Shown: positions 34,801 to 49,145 of the stretch, one piece after another
How the letters are laid out: each line of letters opens with the position of its first letter
How positions within the stretch are numbered: the stretch's first letter is position 1
Translations under genes and position numbers: made by a program
Notes under the pieces: generated by a model
What the model was told of the DNA's origin: nothing
Database searches by the model: none
Seen by the model: only the letters and a program-made list of their open reading frames with translations
From: Antedon mediterranea
Taxonomy: Eukaryota > Animalia > Echinodermata
Direction: 5' to 3'
Length of the DNA stretch: 64,000 nt
NCBI RefSeq assembly: GCF_964355755.1
Contig: NC_092677.1
Coordinates: 22,183,175 to 22,247,174, forward strand

Positions 34801-37800
34801 TCGACCCCCTTATTACATACAGATATCGACTCCGCTTTTACGTACAGACATCGACCTAGTTTTTACGTACCGACATCGACCTCGATTTTACATACAGACA
34901 ACGACCCCGATTTTACGTACAGACATCGACCACGATTTTACGTACCGACATCGACCATGTTTTTACATACAGACATCGATCCCGTATTTACTTACAGACA
35001 TCGACCTAGTTTCTACGTACAAACATCGACCCCGATTTTACGTACATACATCTACCCCGATTTTACGTACAGACATCGACACCGATTTTACGTACATACA
35101 TCGACCCGATTTTACGTACAGTCATTGACCCAGTTTTTACGTACAGACATCAACCTCGATTTTACGTACAGACATTGACCCCGATTTTACGTACATACAT
35201 CGACCCCGATTTTACATACATACATCGACTCCTATTTTACATACAGACAACGACCCCGATTTTACGTACAGACATCGACCTAGTTTTGACGTACAGATAT
35301 CTACCCCATTTTGACGTACAGACATCGACACCAATTTTACGCAAAGACAACGACCCCGATTTCACGAATAGACATCGATCCCGCATTTACGTACAGACAT
35401 CGATCCCGTATTTACTTACAGACATCGACCTTGTTTCTACGTACAAACATCGACCCTGATTTAAGGTACATATATCGATCCCGATTTTACGTACATACAT
35501 CGACTCCAATTTTACGTACATACATTGACCCGATTTTAAGTACAGTCATCGACTCCTATTTTACGTACAGACATCGACCTAGTTTTTACGTAAAGACATC
35601 CACCCTGATTTTACATACAGACATCGACCTAGTTTTGACGTACCGACATCAACCTCGATTTTACGTACAGACATTGACCCTGATTTTACGTACATACATC
35701 GACCTCGATTTTAGGTACAGACATCGACCCAAATTGTACGTACAGACATTGACCCTGATTTTACGTACATACATCGACCTCGATTTTAGGTACAGACATC
35801 GACCCCGATTTTACGTACAGACATTGACCTAGTTTTTACGTACATACATCGACTCCGTTTAACGTACCAACATCGACCCCGTTTTTACGTACAGACATCG
35901 ACTCCGTTTTTATGTAAAGATATCGACACCGATTTTACGCAAAGACAACGATCCCGATTTCACGTACAGACATCGACCCCAATTTTACGTACAGTCATCG
36001 ACCCCGTTTTTACGTACAGACATCAACCTCGATTTTACGTACAGACATTGACCCCGATTTTACGTACATACATCGACCCCGATTTTACATACATACATCG
36101 ACACCTATTTTACATACAGACAACGACCCCGATTTTACGTACAGACATCGACCTAGTTTTGAAGTACAGATATCTATCCCGTTTTGACGTACAGACATCG
36201 ACACCAATTTTACGCAAAGACAACGACCCCGATTTCACGAATAGACATCGATCCCGTATTTACGTACAGACATCGATCCCGTATTTACTTACAGACATCG
36301 ACCTTGTTTCTACGTACAAACATCGACCCCGATTTAACGTACATATATCGATCTCGATTTTACGTACATACATCGACTCCGATTTTACATACTGTACATT
36401 CATTGACCCGATTTTACGTACAGTCTTCGACTCCTATTTTACGTACAGACATCGACCTCTTTTTACGTACAGACATCGACCCCCTTATTACATACAGATA
36501 TCGACTCCGCTTTTACGTACAGACATCGACCTAGTTTTTACGTACCGACATCGACCTCGATTTTACATACAGACAACGACCCCGATTTTACGTACAGACA
36601 TTGACCACGATTTTACGTACCGACATCGACCATGTTTTTACATACAGACATCGATCCCGTATTTACTTACAGACATCGACCTAGTTTCTACGTACAAACA
36701 TCGACCCCGATTTTACGTACATACATCTACCACGATTTTACGTACAGACATCGACACCGATTTTACGTACATACATCGACCCGATTTTACGTACAGTCAT
36801 TGACCCAGTTTTTACGTACAGACATCAACCTCGATTTTACGTACAGACATTGACCCCGATTTTACGTACATACATCGACCTCGATTTTACATACATACAT
36901 CGACTCCTATTTTACATACAGACAACGACCCCGATTTTACGTACAGACATCGACCTAGTTTTGACGTACAGATATCTACCCCATTTTGACGTACAGACAT
37001 CGACACCAATTTTACGCAAAGACAACGACCCCGATTTCACGAATAGACATCGATCCCGTATTTACGTACAGACATCGATCCCGTATTTACTTACAGACAT
37101 CGACCTTGTTTCTACGTACAAACATCGACCCTGATTTAAGGTACATATATCGATCCCGATTTTACGTACATACATCGACTCCAATTTTACGTACATACAT
37201 TGACCCGATTTTACGTACAGTCATCGACTCCTATTTTACGTACAGACATCGACCTAGTTTTTACGTAAAGACATCCACCCTGATTTTACATACAGACATC
37301 GATCCCTATTTTACGTACATACATCGACCCCGATTTTACGTACATACATCGACCCGTATTTATTAACAGACATCGACCTAGTTTTTACGTACAGACATCG
37401 ACCCCGATTTTACGCAAAGACAACGACCCCGATTTCACGAATAGACATCGATCCCGTATTTACGTACATACATCGATCCCGTATTTACTTACAGACATCG
37501 ACCTTGTTTCTACGTACAAACATCGACCCCGATTTAACGTACATATATCGATCTCGATTTTACATACATCGACTCCGATTTTACATACTGTACATACATT
37601 GACCCGATTTTACGTACAGTCATCGACTCCTATTTTACGTACAGACATCGACCTCTTTTTACGTACAGACATCGACCCCCTTATTACATACAGATATCGA
37701 CTCCGCTTTTACGTACAGACATCGACCTAGTTTTTACGTACCGACATCGACCTCGATTTTACATACAGACAACGACCCCGATTTTACGTACAGACATCGA

Positions 37801-40800
37801 CCACGATTTTACGTACCGACATCGACCATGTTTTTACATACAGACATCGATCCCGTATTTACTTACAGACATCGACCTAGTTTCTACGTACAAACATCGA
37901 CCCCGATTTTACGTACATACATCTACCCCGATTTTACGTACAGACATCGACACCGATTTTACGTACATACATCGACCCGATTTTACGTACAGTCATTGAC
38001 CCAGTTTTTACGTACAGACATCAACCTCGATTTTACGTACAGACATTGACCCCGATTTTACGTACATACATCGACCCCGATTTTACATACATACATCGAC
38101 TCCTATTTTACATACAGACAACGACCCCGATTTTACGTACAGACATCGACCTAGTTTTGACGTACAGATATCTACCCCATTTTGACGTACAGACATCGAC
38201 ACCAATTTTACGCAAAGACAACGACCCCGATTTCACGAATAGACATCGATCCCGCATTTACGTACAGACATCGATCCCGTATTTACTTACAGACATCGAC
38301 CTTGTTTCTACGTACAAACATCGACCCTGATTTAAGGTACATATATCGATCCCGATTTTACGTACATACATCGACTCCAATTTTACGTACATACATTGAC
38401 CCGATTTTACGTACAGTCATCGACTCCTATTTTACGTACAGACATCGACCTAGTTTTTACGTAAAGACATCCACCCTGATTTTACATACAGACATCGACC
38501 TAGTTTTGACGTACCGACATCAACCTCGATTTTACGTACAGACCTTGACCCTGATTTTACGTACATACATCGACCTCGATTTTAGGTACAGACATCGACC
38601 CAAATTTTACGTACAGACATTGACCCTGATTTTACGTACATACATCGACCTCGATTTTAGGTACAGACATCGACCCCGATTTTACGTACAGACGTCGACC
38701 TAGTTTTGACGTACAGACATCGACCCCGATTTCACGAACAGACACCGATCCCCTATTTACGTACAGACATCGATCTCGTATTTATGTACCGACATCGGCC
38801 TAGTTTTTACTTACAGACCTCGACATAGTTTTTATGCAATGACAGCGACCCCGACTTTACGTACAGATATGGACCCCGATTTTACGTACAGACATCAACC
38901 CAGTTTTAACGTACCGACATCGACGCGGATTTTATATACAGACATCGACCTAGTTTTTACGTACAGACATCCACCTAGTTTTTACGTACAGACATCGGCC
39001 TAGTTTTTACTTACAGACCTCGACATAGTTTTTATGCAATGACAGCGACCCCGACTTTACGTACAGATATGGACCCCGATTTTTCGTACAGACATCGACC
39101 CAGTTTTTACGTACAGACATCGACCACGTTTTTACGTACAGACATCGACCCCGTTTTTACGTGCAGACATCGACCCCGTTTTGACGTACAGACATCGACC
39201 TAGTTTTGAACTACAGACATCGACATCGATCCTGATTTTACGTATAGACATGTACCCCGATTTTACGTACATACATCGACCCCGATTTTACGTACATACA
39301 TTGACCCCGATTTTAGGTATAGACATCGACCCCGATTTTACGTACATACATCGACCCTGATTTTAAGTAAGGTCATCGACCCAGTTTTTACGTACAGACA
39401 TTAACCTCGATTTTACGTACATACATCGACACTAATTTTACGTATATACATCGACCCCGATTTGACATACAGACATCGACCCCGATTTTACGTACAGACA
39501 TCGACCCCGATTTTAGGTACAGACATCGACTTAGTTTTTACGTACAGCATCGACCCTGATTTTACATACATTCATCGACCTAGTTTTGACGTACAGACAT
39601 CGACCCCGATTTTATGTACAGACATCGAACTAGTTTTTACGTACGTACATACATCGACCTAGTTTGTACGTACAGACATCGGCCTAGTTTTTACGTACAG
39701 ACATCGACCTAGTTTTTACGTACCGACATCGACCTCGATTTTACGTGCAGACATCGACCCCGATTTTACGTACAGACATCGAACTAGCTTTGAACTACAG
39801 ACATCGACTGCCTTTTTACGTACATACATCGACCCCGATTTTACGTACAGATATCGACCCAGTTTTTTCTTACAGACATCGACCTCATTTTTACGTAAAG
39901 ACATCGACCTAGTTTTGAACTACAGACATCGACTCCGTTTTTATGTACAGACATCGACCCTGATTTTACATACAGAAATGTACCCCGATTTTACGTACAG
40001 ACATCGACCCCGATTTTACGTATAGATATCGACCATGATTTAACGTACAGACATCGAACCCGTTTTTACGTGCAGACATCGATCCCGCTTTTACGTACAT
40101 AAATCGACCACGATTTAACGTAGAGACATCGACCCCGATTTTATGTACAGACATCGACAATGATTTTACATACAGACATCGACCTAGTTTTGACCTACAG
40201 ACATCGACTTAGTTTTGACCTACAGACATCGACATCGGTTTTACGTATAGACATCGACACCGGTTTTACGTACAGATATCGACCCTAATTTTACATACAG
40301 ACATCGACTTAGTTTTGACGTACAGACATCGACCCCGTCTTTACATACAGACATCGATCTTGTTTTTTACGTACAGAGATCGATGTAGTTTTTACGTACC
40401 GACATCGACCCCTGATTTTACGTACAGACAGTGACCCCGATTTTACATCGACCTAGTTTTGACGGACATATATCGACCCCGTTTTGAAGTACAGACATCG
40501 ACACCGATTTTACGCAAGACGTCGACCCCGATTTGACGTACAGACATCGACCCCGTATTTACGTACAGACATCGACCTAGTTTTGACGTACATACATCCA
40601 CTCCGTTTAACGTACCGACATCGACCCTGTTTTTACGTACAGACATCGACTCCGTTCTTACGTAAAGACATCGACCCCGATTTTACATCGACCTAGTTTT
40701 GACGGACATATATCGACCCCGTTTTGACGTACAGACATCGACACCGATTATACGCAAGACGTCGACCCCGATTTGACGTTCAGACATCGACCCCGTATTT

Positions 40801-41886
40801 ACGTACAGACATCGACCCAGTTTTTACGTACAGACATTAACCTCGATTTTACGTACATACATCGACACCAATTTTACGTACATACATCGACCCCGATTTG
40901 ACATACAGACATCGACCCCGATTTTACGTCCAGACATCGACCCCGATTTTAGGTACAGACATCGACTTAGTTTTTACGTACAGCATCGACCCTGATTTTA
41001 CATACATTCATCGACCTAGTTTTGACGTACAGAAGACATCGACCCCGATTTTATGTACAGACATCGAACTAGTTTTTACGTACGTACAGACATCGACCTA
41101 GTTTGTACGTACAGACATCGGCCTAGTTTTTACGTACAGACATCGACCTAGTTTTTACGTACCGACATCGACCTCGATTTTACGTGCAGACATCGACCCC
41201 GATTTTACGTACAGACATCGAACTAGCTTTGAACTACAGACATCGACTGCCTTTTTACGTACATACATCGACCCCGATTTTACGTACAGATATCGACCCA
41301 GTTTTTTCGTACAGACATCGACCTCATTTTTACGTACAGACATCGACCTAGTTTTGAACTACAGACATCGACTCCGTTTTTACGTACAGACATCGACCCT
41401 GATTTTACATACAGAAATGTACCCCGATTTTACGTACAGACATCGACCCCGATTTTACGTATAGACATCGACCTTGATTTAACGTACAGATATCGAACCC
41501 GTTTTTACGTGCAGACATCGATCCCGCTTTTACGTACATAAATCGACCACGATTTAACGTAGAGACATCTACCCCGATTTTATGTACAGACATCGACAAT
41601 GATTTTACATACAGACATCGACCTAGTTTTGACCTACAGACATCGACTTAGTTTCTACCTACAGACATCGACATCGGTTTTACGTACAGATATCGACCCT
41701 AATTTTACGTACAGATATCGACCTAGTTTTGACGTACAGACATCGACCCCGTCTTTACATACAGACATCGATCTTGTTTTTTACGTACAGAGATCGACCT
41801 AGTTTTTACGTACAGAGATCGACCTAGTTTTTACGTACAGACAGTGACCCCGATTTTACATCGACCTAGTTTTGACGGACATATAT
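31825..41886. repeat. 25-bp satellite array 4 with kb-scale higher-order duplications
   Basis: Near-identical ORF translations recur at offsets of 2871 (33177/36048, 33979/36850, 35175/38046), 1196 (33761/34957) and ~1437 (39462/40898). Confidence 0.96.
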
Positions 41887-44657
41887 TCAATTCAATTCAA
41901 TTCAATTCACATTTATTTACTCATCGTTTATAAATACAGTTTCATAGCATAAATGATGGCAAGGATCCTGCATAGAGAAGTTTACACTTCTGTTTTCGCA
42001 GGACCCTTTTACATAAAACAATAAACACAACATAATAGATACAAAATATAAAAAAAAACATTTCCTATATACATTTTAGAGTTGTTCATCATCAAAAAGC
42101 GATACTGTTTTTCTAACATGATTATTTATACATTTTGTCTTAAAAAAGAAGATATTCAGTTTATTACTTCCAGTACATGTGGATTCTTTCTATATATATT
42201 ATAGCAAAAGTATGAATACATATAATATAAACAGGCTATGTGTGTACACTCGTACATACCAACACAAATGCATAATATATGCATCTATATTTTATGAGTG
42301 AAGCATTTTAAGTTCTGTAATTCGATAAAATGTCTCTTTTTACATATTTTTTTAGTATTTTATAATTTTTGTTAACAATATCTAATTGATTTCTACAGAG
42401 CTCGTTCCATAGTTTCGGTCCGTGAATACTGATAAAATGTTGACCAGACGTTAACCTAGACAGTGGGACAGCCAGTCGACAAATCGTGTCAAATTTCGAC
42501 TCGGAGAGGGCGCCCTACTTTTCTAATTTAGTTCAAAATTGCTAAGTTTTAGGGTGTTGGAAAAACACAATATTTGTAAATTTAGTTGATTATCGGAAAA
42601 ATGTTGTTAGTGAAATAAATTCATAAATGGTTTTAATATATTGTCATGTAAAATTAAATGTATTTGAACAAAACGATAATCTGTAATTTAACGGCAAAAT
42701 CAACCAATGTCTTTTTTCCGAAATTGTACCCTAGAAAATCATTAAAATAAAATATTTAGAAAAATTGAACAGTCCTGAATTTAAAATCCCTGTTAGAAAA
42801 ATTAATAATCTACAGAATACGATATTAAGATACAAAATTCGGTGGTTGGGATGCAGCTCCGACTATTCAAACTAAAGGTACCACTATTTGTTCCATCGAA
42901 AACTAGCGAAACCGCCATTTTGTAAACACATCGTCATCGTGTTTATGAATTTATTTATAGCGAACGATATACGCGATGTTTATAATTGTCCGCGTATAAG
43001 AATTCATATAAATAAATACATTCCAATACAACGTATATTATTACTTGTTTATAACTATTATAATAGCTTTTATACGAGTCCGAGGCCTAGCCCTATTAGC
43101 GAGCGATTGTTCCAGGGGCGGAAAGTCACTTAGTGACGTTGTGATCGGGCGCGTCGGGCCTAGCTAATATTAATAATATGACCTGAAATAAGCGGCTAAC
43201 AAGAACTGTTATATACTTGCTTACAATTGTTTTGTTATTGATGAACAAACAAGCAATTAGATTGAATAACAAATTATTTATTCATTTTTTTGGGGTAAAA
43301 ACATGTAGCCTACAAACTAGTACTGTATTAAATATAAATTAATAGTAATATTAAACTAATACAGTATTACTATTAATAAAATATAAAATAGGCCTAACAT
43401 ACAATAAATATTCAATTTTTAAGGTCTACCACATGACAATAACATAATTTACAGAGTATAGTGTAGTAGGTTTGCATTCAACATAACTATTTGTATTGTA
43501 ATTCATCTAAATCCTCTGCAAACAACATACATATTATTATATATTTGTAATTCAACATTTTGTTTTAAATAATTAAATTATAGTATCCACTTCACTTTCA
43601 GTTTGAAGTCACAAAGACAAAGAACTCTGCATCATCAACGATTCCTGAAAGTGTCAGAAAAAATAATAAATATTATTTAAAAAAAAATGTTAATGTCTGG
43701 TTGTATATATAATTATAATATTATATGATGACATAAAAGTAAGGCAAATGGAAGCTGTATTTTATTAATTAAATTACAGTATTTACTATTATTATTTATA
43801 TAATCTAGGCCTACTAGTAGCCTAGCTAGGCATCTATTGAGCCTAATAAATCAAATAATAAATGAAAAATAAAATAATAATATTAATACTGATTGAAAAA
43901 AAGTATTTTTGGGGGGGATCAGATCACCAGGCTAGGCCGGCCAGGACCAATGATACTCGTAATCAGTACAACTTAACGACTATCGGATCAGCATCAACAC
44001 AGTACAAAACACGTCTCGCTATCGCCTATACTGACACACGTGTCTCGCGTTGCCGAAACCACGCTCACAGCTAGAAAATGTACCTACCTTTCGAGGCCTG
44101 AGAATACACCAACACATTTTGAACAGGATAGAAATATATCATACTCGATTAAACTAATATTATTCTTGATAAAACAATTGATTATAATTTTTTTAATTTG
44201 TTGGGATGCACCTCCGACTATTCAGAAAATGGACAACAAAACAGTAGTCAAATCGTACCACATTTATAAATTTCACGAGTCCCGACTTCAGTCGCCGAAT
44301 GTATTGTATTAGCTTCGGTTTCTTTGAAGGAAACCGATTGGTTATTCAATTATACTTATTAGGAAATGCTTTTACCATAATAGGTAATGTTGGGCGGTTC
44401 TTAAATATTCATGAGAGCTTAAAATAAAACAGCACTTATTTGCTAGGCGACGAAAAATCGTGGTTTCAGTTTTCAACGATAGGTGGCGCTTCAAAATCGT
44501 CAATGCGGAAGTAAGTCGATTTTACACGATTTAACGGTCAAAACGCGAAGTGGCTTTCCCACTGTAGAGTATGGTTGTTTTACGCTACAAATATTTCGAA
44601 GATTATGGGTAGTATTTTCGTTTCTTTTGAATATCATTTGGATTCGTCTGGGTAAAA
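41887..44657 (-). pseudogene. Severely 5'-truncated Crack/CR1-group LINE end with (TTGAA)n tail, split by a DNA transposon
   Basis: (TTCAA)n at 41886-41919 on the plus strand. Removing 42461-44564 plus one TAGA gives in-frame LPRRIQMIFKRNENTTHNLRN...KQPYSRLTSGQHFISIHGPKLWNE. The satellite rejoins exactly (CATATAT|CGACCCC). Confidence 0.8.
42461..44564. mobile_element. 2.1-kb non-autonomous TIR DNA transposon, superfamily unassigned (Transib-like ends)
   Basis: Ends CAGTGGGACAGCCA...TGGCTTTCCCACTG, flanked by a TAGA duplication (42457-42460 / 44565-44568). Its removal restores the host LINE frame. Confidence 0.85.
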
Positions 44658-45205
44658 CGACCCCGTTTTGACGTAAGACATCGACACCGATTATACGCAA
44701 GACGTCGACCCCGATTTGACGTACAGACATCGACCCCGTATTTACGTACAGACATCGACCTAGTTTTTACGTACATACATTGACTCCGTTTAACGTACCG
44801 ACATCGACCCCGTTTTTACGTACAGACATCGACTCCGTTCTTACGTAAAGACATCGACCCCGATTTTACATCGACCTAGTTTTGACGGACATATATCGAC
44901 CCCGTTTTGACGTACAGACATCGACACCGATTTTACGCAAGACGTCGACCCCGATTTGACGTACAGACATCGACCCCGTATTTACGTACAGACATCGACC
45001 TAGTTTTTACGTACATACATCGACTCCGTTTAACGTACCGACATCGACCCCGTTTTTACAAACAGACATCGACTCCGTTCTTATGTAAAGACATCGACCC
45101 CGATTTTACGTACAGACAGCGACTCCGATTTTACGTACAGACATCGAACCCGTTTTGACGTACAGACATCGACACCGATTTTACGCAAAGACAACGACCC
45201 CGATT
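44658..45205. repeat. 25-bp satellite array 5
   Basis: Homologous to ~5900-6253. Confidence 0.95.
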
Positions 45206-45980
45206 TCTCACACAAAACATCAAAGTGTACAGAATAGCTTTAAATCGCATTTGGAGACGTTTTAGACCATTTTGTGATTTTCGAAAAAACATGTTAACAT
45301 AAAAACATCAAAGTGTACAGAATAGCTTCAAATCGCATTTGGAAACGTTTTAGACCATTTTGTGCATTTCGAAAAACTGTTTAACATAAAAACACCAAAG
45401 TGCTTAGAATAGCTTCAAATCGCATTTGGAGACGTCTTAGACCATTTTGTGCATTTCGATGAAACTTGGTTACACAAAAACATCAAAGTGCTTAAAATCA
45501 CATTAGACACCGTTTTAGACCATTTTGAGCATTTCGATAAAACTTTTCACACAAAACATCAAAGAGCACAAAATAGCTTAATATGGTATTTGAAAACGTT
45601 TTAGACCATTTTCAGCATTTCAATAAAACTTTTTCACACAAAACATCAAAGTGTACAGAATAGATTCAAATCGCATTTGAAGACGTTTTAGACCATTTTG
45701 TGCATTTCGAAAAAAACTTGTTAACATAAAAACACCAAAGTGCCTAGAATAGCTTCAAATAGCATTTGGAGACGTTTTAGACCATTTTGTGGTTTTCGAA
45801 AGAACTTGTTAACATAAAAACACCAAAGTGCTAAGGATACCTTCAAATCGCATTTGGAGACGTTTTAGACAATTTTGTGCATTTCGATGAAACTTGGTTA
45901 CACAAAAACATCAAAGTGCTAAAATCACATTAGAAACCGTTTTAGACCATTTTGAGCATTTTGATGAAACTTTTCACATA
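45206..45980. repeat. ~87-bp satellite, array 2
   Basis: Same junction CCCGATTTCTCACACAAAACATC as at ~6250. Confidence 0.93.
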
Positions 45981-47500
45981 ATAATTTTTTAATTTTATAG
46001 AATGGAAATTTTGACCATTTTTAGAAAAAAAATCCTATGGTCTCCCGCAGCGAAATTTTCAAAAAATCGCCAAATTTCGACCCTTTTATTTTTTTACATA
46101 ACTAGATACGATGGCTCTATAAGATGATGCTAACCCAATATATTTGCATAAATGCCAATATTATAGCATAATTATTGAATTTTAAAAAGTGGACATTTTG
46201 ACAATTTTTCGAAAAAATTCCTTCCGCAGGGAAATTTTCGCAAAAATGGCCAAATTTCAAACCTTTTATTTTTTGACATAACTAGTTACTATGGCTCTAT
46301 AAAATAATGTTAGCACAATATATTTGCAAAAATGGAAATATTATAGCATCATTTTTGAATTTTAAAAAGTGGAAATTGTTTCCATTTTTCAATAAAATTC
46401 CACTGGTCCCCCGCAGAAAAAATTTTCGAAAATTGCCGAATTTCGACACTTTTATTTTTTGATGTAACTAGTTACTATGGCTATATAAGATGATGTTAAC
46501 ACAATATGTGCATAAATGGCAATATTATAGCATAATTATTGAATTTTAAAAAATGGAAAATTTTTCCATTTTTACTATGGCTCTATAAGATGATGTTAGC
46601 ACAATATATTTGCATAAATGGCAATATTATAGCATACTTTTTTAATTTTAAACAATGGAAATTTTGACAATTTTTCGAAAAAAAAAATCCTATGGTCCCC
46701 CGCAGCGAAATTTTCGAAAAATCGCCAAATTTCGACCCTTTTATTTGTTGACATAACTAGTTACGATGGCTCTATAAGATGATGCTAACACAATATATCT
46801 GCATAAATGCCAATATAATAGCATAATTATTGAATTTTAAAAAGAGGAAATATTGGACATTTTTCGAAAAAATTCCTATGGTCCCCCGCAGGGAAATTTT
46901 CGCAAAAATGGAAAAATTTCAAACCTTTTATTTTTTGACATAACTAGTTACTATGGCTCTATAAAATAATGTTAGCACAATATATTTGCAAAAATGGCAA
47001 TATTATAGCATAATTTTTTAATTTTAAAAAGTGGAAATTGTTTCCATTTATCAATAAAATTCCACTGGTCCCCCGCAGAAAAAATTTTCGAAAATTGCCG
47101 AATTTCGACACTTTAATTTTTTGATGTAACTAGTTACTATGGCTCTATAAGATGATGTTAACACAATATGTGCATAAATGGCAATATTATAGCATAATTA
47201 TTGAATTTTAAAAAGTGGAAAATTTTTCCATTTTTACTATGGCTCTATAAGATGATGTTAGCACAATATATTTGCATAAATGGCAATATTATAGCATAAT
47301 TTTTGAATTTTAAAAAGTGGAAATTATAATAACAACTTTATTTAAAAACGGATGCAACACTTGAATCACCATATTGGTGTTTTTCACAAGGCCGTTACTT
47401 ACTACAAAACTATTTATACTATTAAATTAAATTAAATTAAATTGTTTCCATTTTTCAATAAAATTCCGATGGTCCCCCGCAGAAAAAATTTTCGATAATT
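45981..47500. repeat. ~187-bp satellite, array 2
   Basis: Same junction TTTTCACATAATAATTTTT as at ~7520, and the same monomer. Confidence 0.92.
47326..47443 (-). mobile_element. ~120-bp insertion in the satellite, probably the extreme 3' end of a retroposon
   Basis: Interrupts GGAAATT|GTTTCC. The minus strand ends AATAAAGTTGTTATTAT. The other end carries (AAATT)4. Confidence 0.5.
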
Positions 47501-49145
47501 TCTTTGTTAGTTATCAACCTAGGGGTTAAATTTTTAGGAAAACATTGGTTTATTTTTTATATAAATTATATGTGCAGAAATTCGTTCTTCTAGCCTCAGA
47601 TCATTCCTGAAGTTAGACATAAATCACCCAAATTAGTATTAAGTAATTAAATGGATAGTAGATGAAGTACAGTACCAATACATGTTTCAGGAGGACACTT
47701 CATGTTAAAGGTGATAATTTTACCACGATGAAATGTATTCAATTACCAGGTTGAAGTATAGTGGAAACACTACTACTGTATATGGCAATTTAAATGTACT
47801 CATATAGAACACAGTCAGTTCTACCAAGGTTAGAGGTGTGCCACAATTTGAGATAAGTGGACACATGACTTTTTCAATAGTAAATTCATTACCAGCATTA
47901 TAAATAAAATGTTAAAAAGATGAGAATGCAAGTAAATATCAGATTCATAGTCCTCATTGTACACAATGATTTTCTACTATCACATATCAAAATATAAAAT
48001 AATCATATAGCCTTTAATGAATTTACATGGAGGTCTATCCAAATAAAAATATTCAAAATGTCCCTGCCAGTTTGCGTTCAAGAGTACAACCTGCTTAGTT
48101 TTTAATATGAGTACTGCTTTCTATACACATAACTTTGATTTCTGAAAAAAAAAATCTCTGTAATAATGTACTTTAATTACTGTAATAATCAAGGCATAGA
48201 TTATGTTGACCAGACCAGTGAGAGGACGATCGACTGTACAGTACTAACATAAGTCCTCTAGGAGGATACAACTTATTTCTTGTCTACAAAGTGTGCAGTA
48301 GTATGCTAATAGTACTATTATTAGATTAGGTATTTGGAGTAGTTTGGAGAGATACATCTATTTATAAGAGAGTACTTTACATTTATAGATATAATACCAA
48401 TAGGTACCATGTATTGGGATGCAATTCAACAGTTATGAATAAAAAAAACTCTGTATGCTTTTTTCTGGCTGTGAAATATACAATTGTTAAATTAAAAAGA
48501 AAATTTAGGGTGATAATCCCAGTATTTACAGTCTAACTTTGATTTCTATGCAACAATCGGCATAAACGATTTTTTAATTAACAGGTATAAAAGCAAATTA
48601 AAAGCCCTACGTACTCTGTATGTTGGAGGAAACAAGCATAAGTGCAAATAAATCCTTGTCCACAGGATGTAATTCACTATTTGGAATCAGTAGTACACGA
48701 CTGTGTTGGACCATAATGTGGTCCAGGTTGACGGGCCAGGAATGATGGTAGTGCCCAGTATACAGTGTAGTTTAGCCTCAAGGCAATACCATGTAGCTGG
48801 ATTAGCTTTGAGAAATACACTAGAGATTTCATGAGTTTTGGTGTGTGATGATTCAGTTTGATAATTTGTGCTGTGAAAATAAAATTGTTGAATTATAAAG
48901 AAAATATTGTAAAATATAACAAGGAAGTTATACTATAGTATAATTAAGGGGTAACCGTAAAATATATAATAATAATAAATGCAATGGGAATTACTATTAC
49001 TAATATTATGTATACAATACAATATTACAGTTAAATTCATAGGTTGATATTATTTTATTATTATAAGGAAATCGGTTTTAGAATGAGAAAAAAACCGTCC
49101 CAACCTAGATTTGAACCCAGCTATCAATAAAGCTATAAAGCTATT

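Noticed and set aside
31825-41886. CRISPR-like regular short repeats
   Set aside because: Monomers are contiguous with no unique spacers, there are no cas genes, and the context is eukaryotic.
41886-41919. (TTCAA)n as a telomeric or independent microsatellite
   Set aside because: It is the 3' tail of a minus-strand CR1-group LINE fragment.
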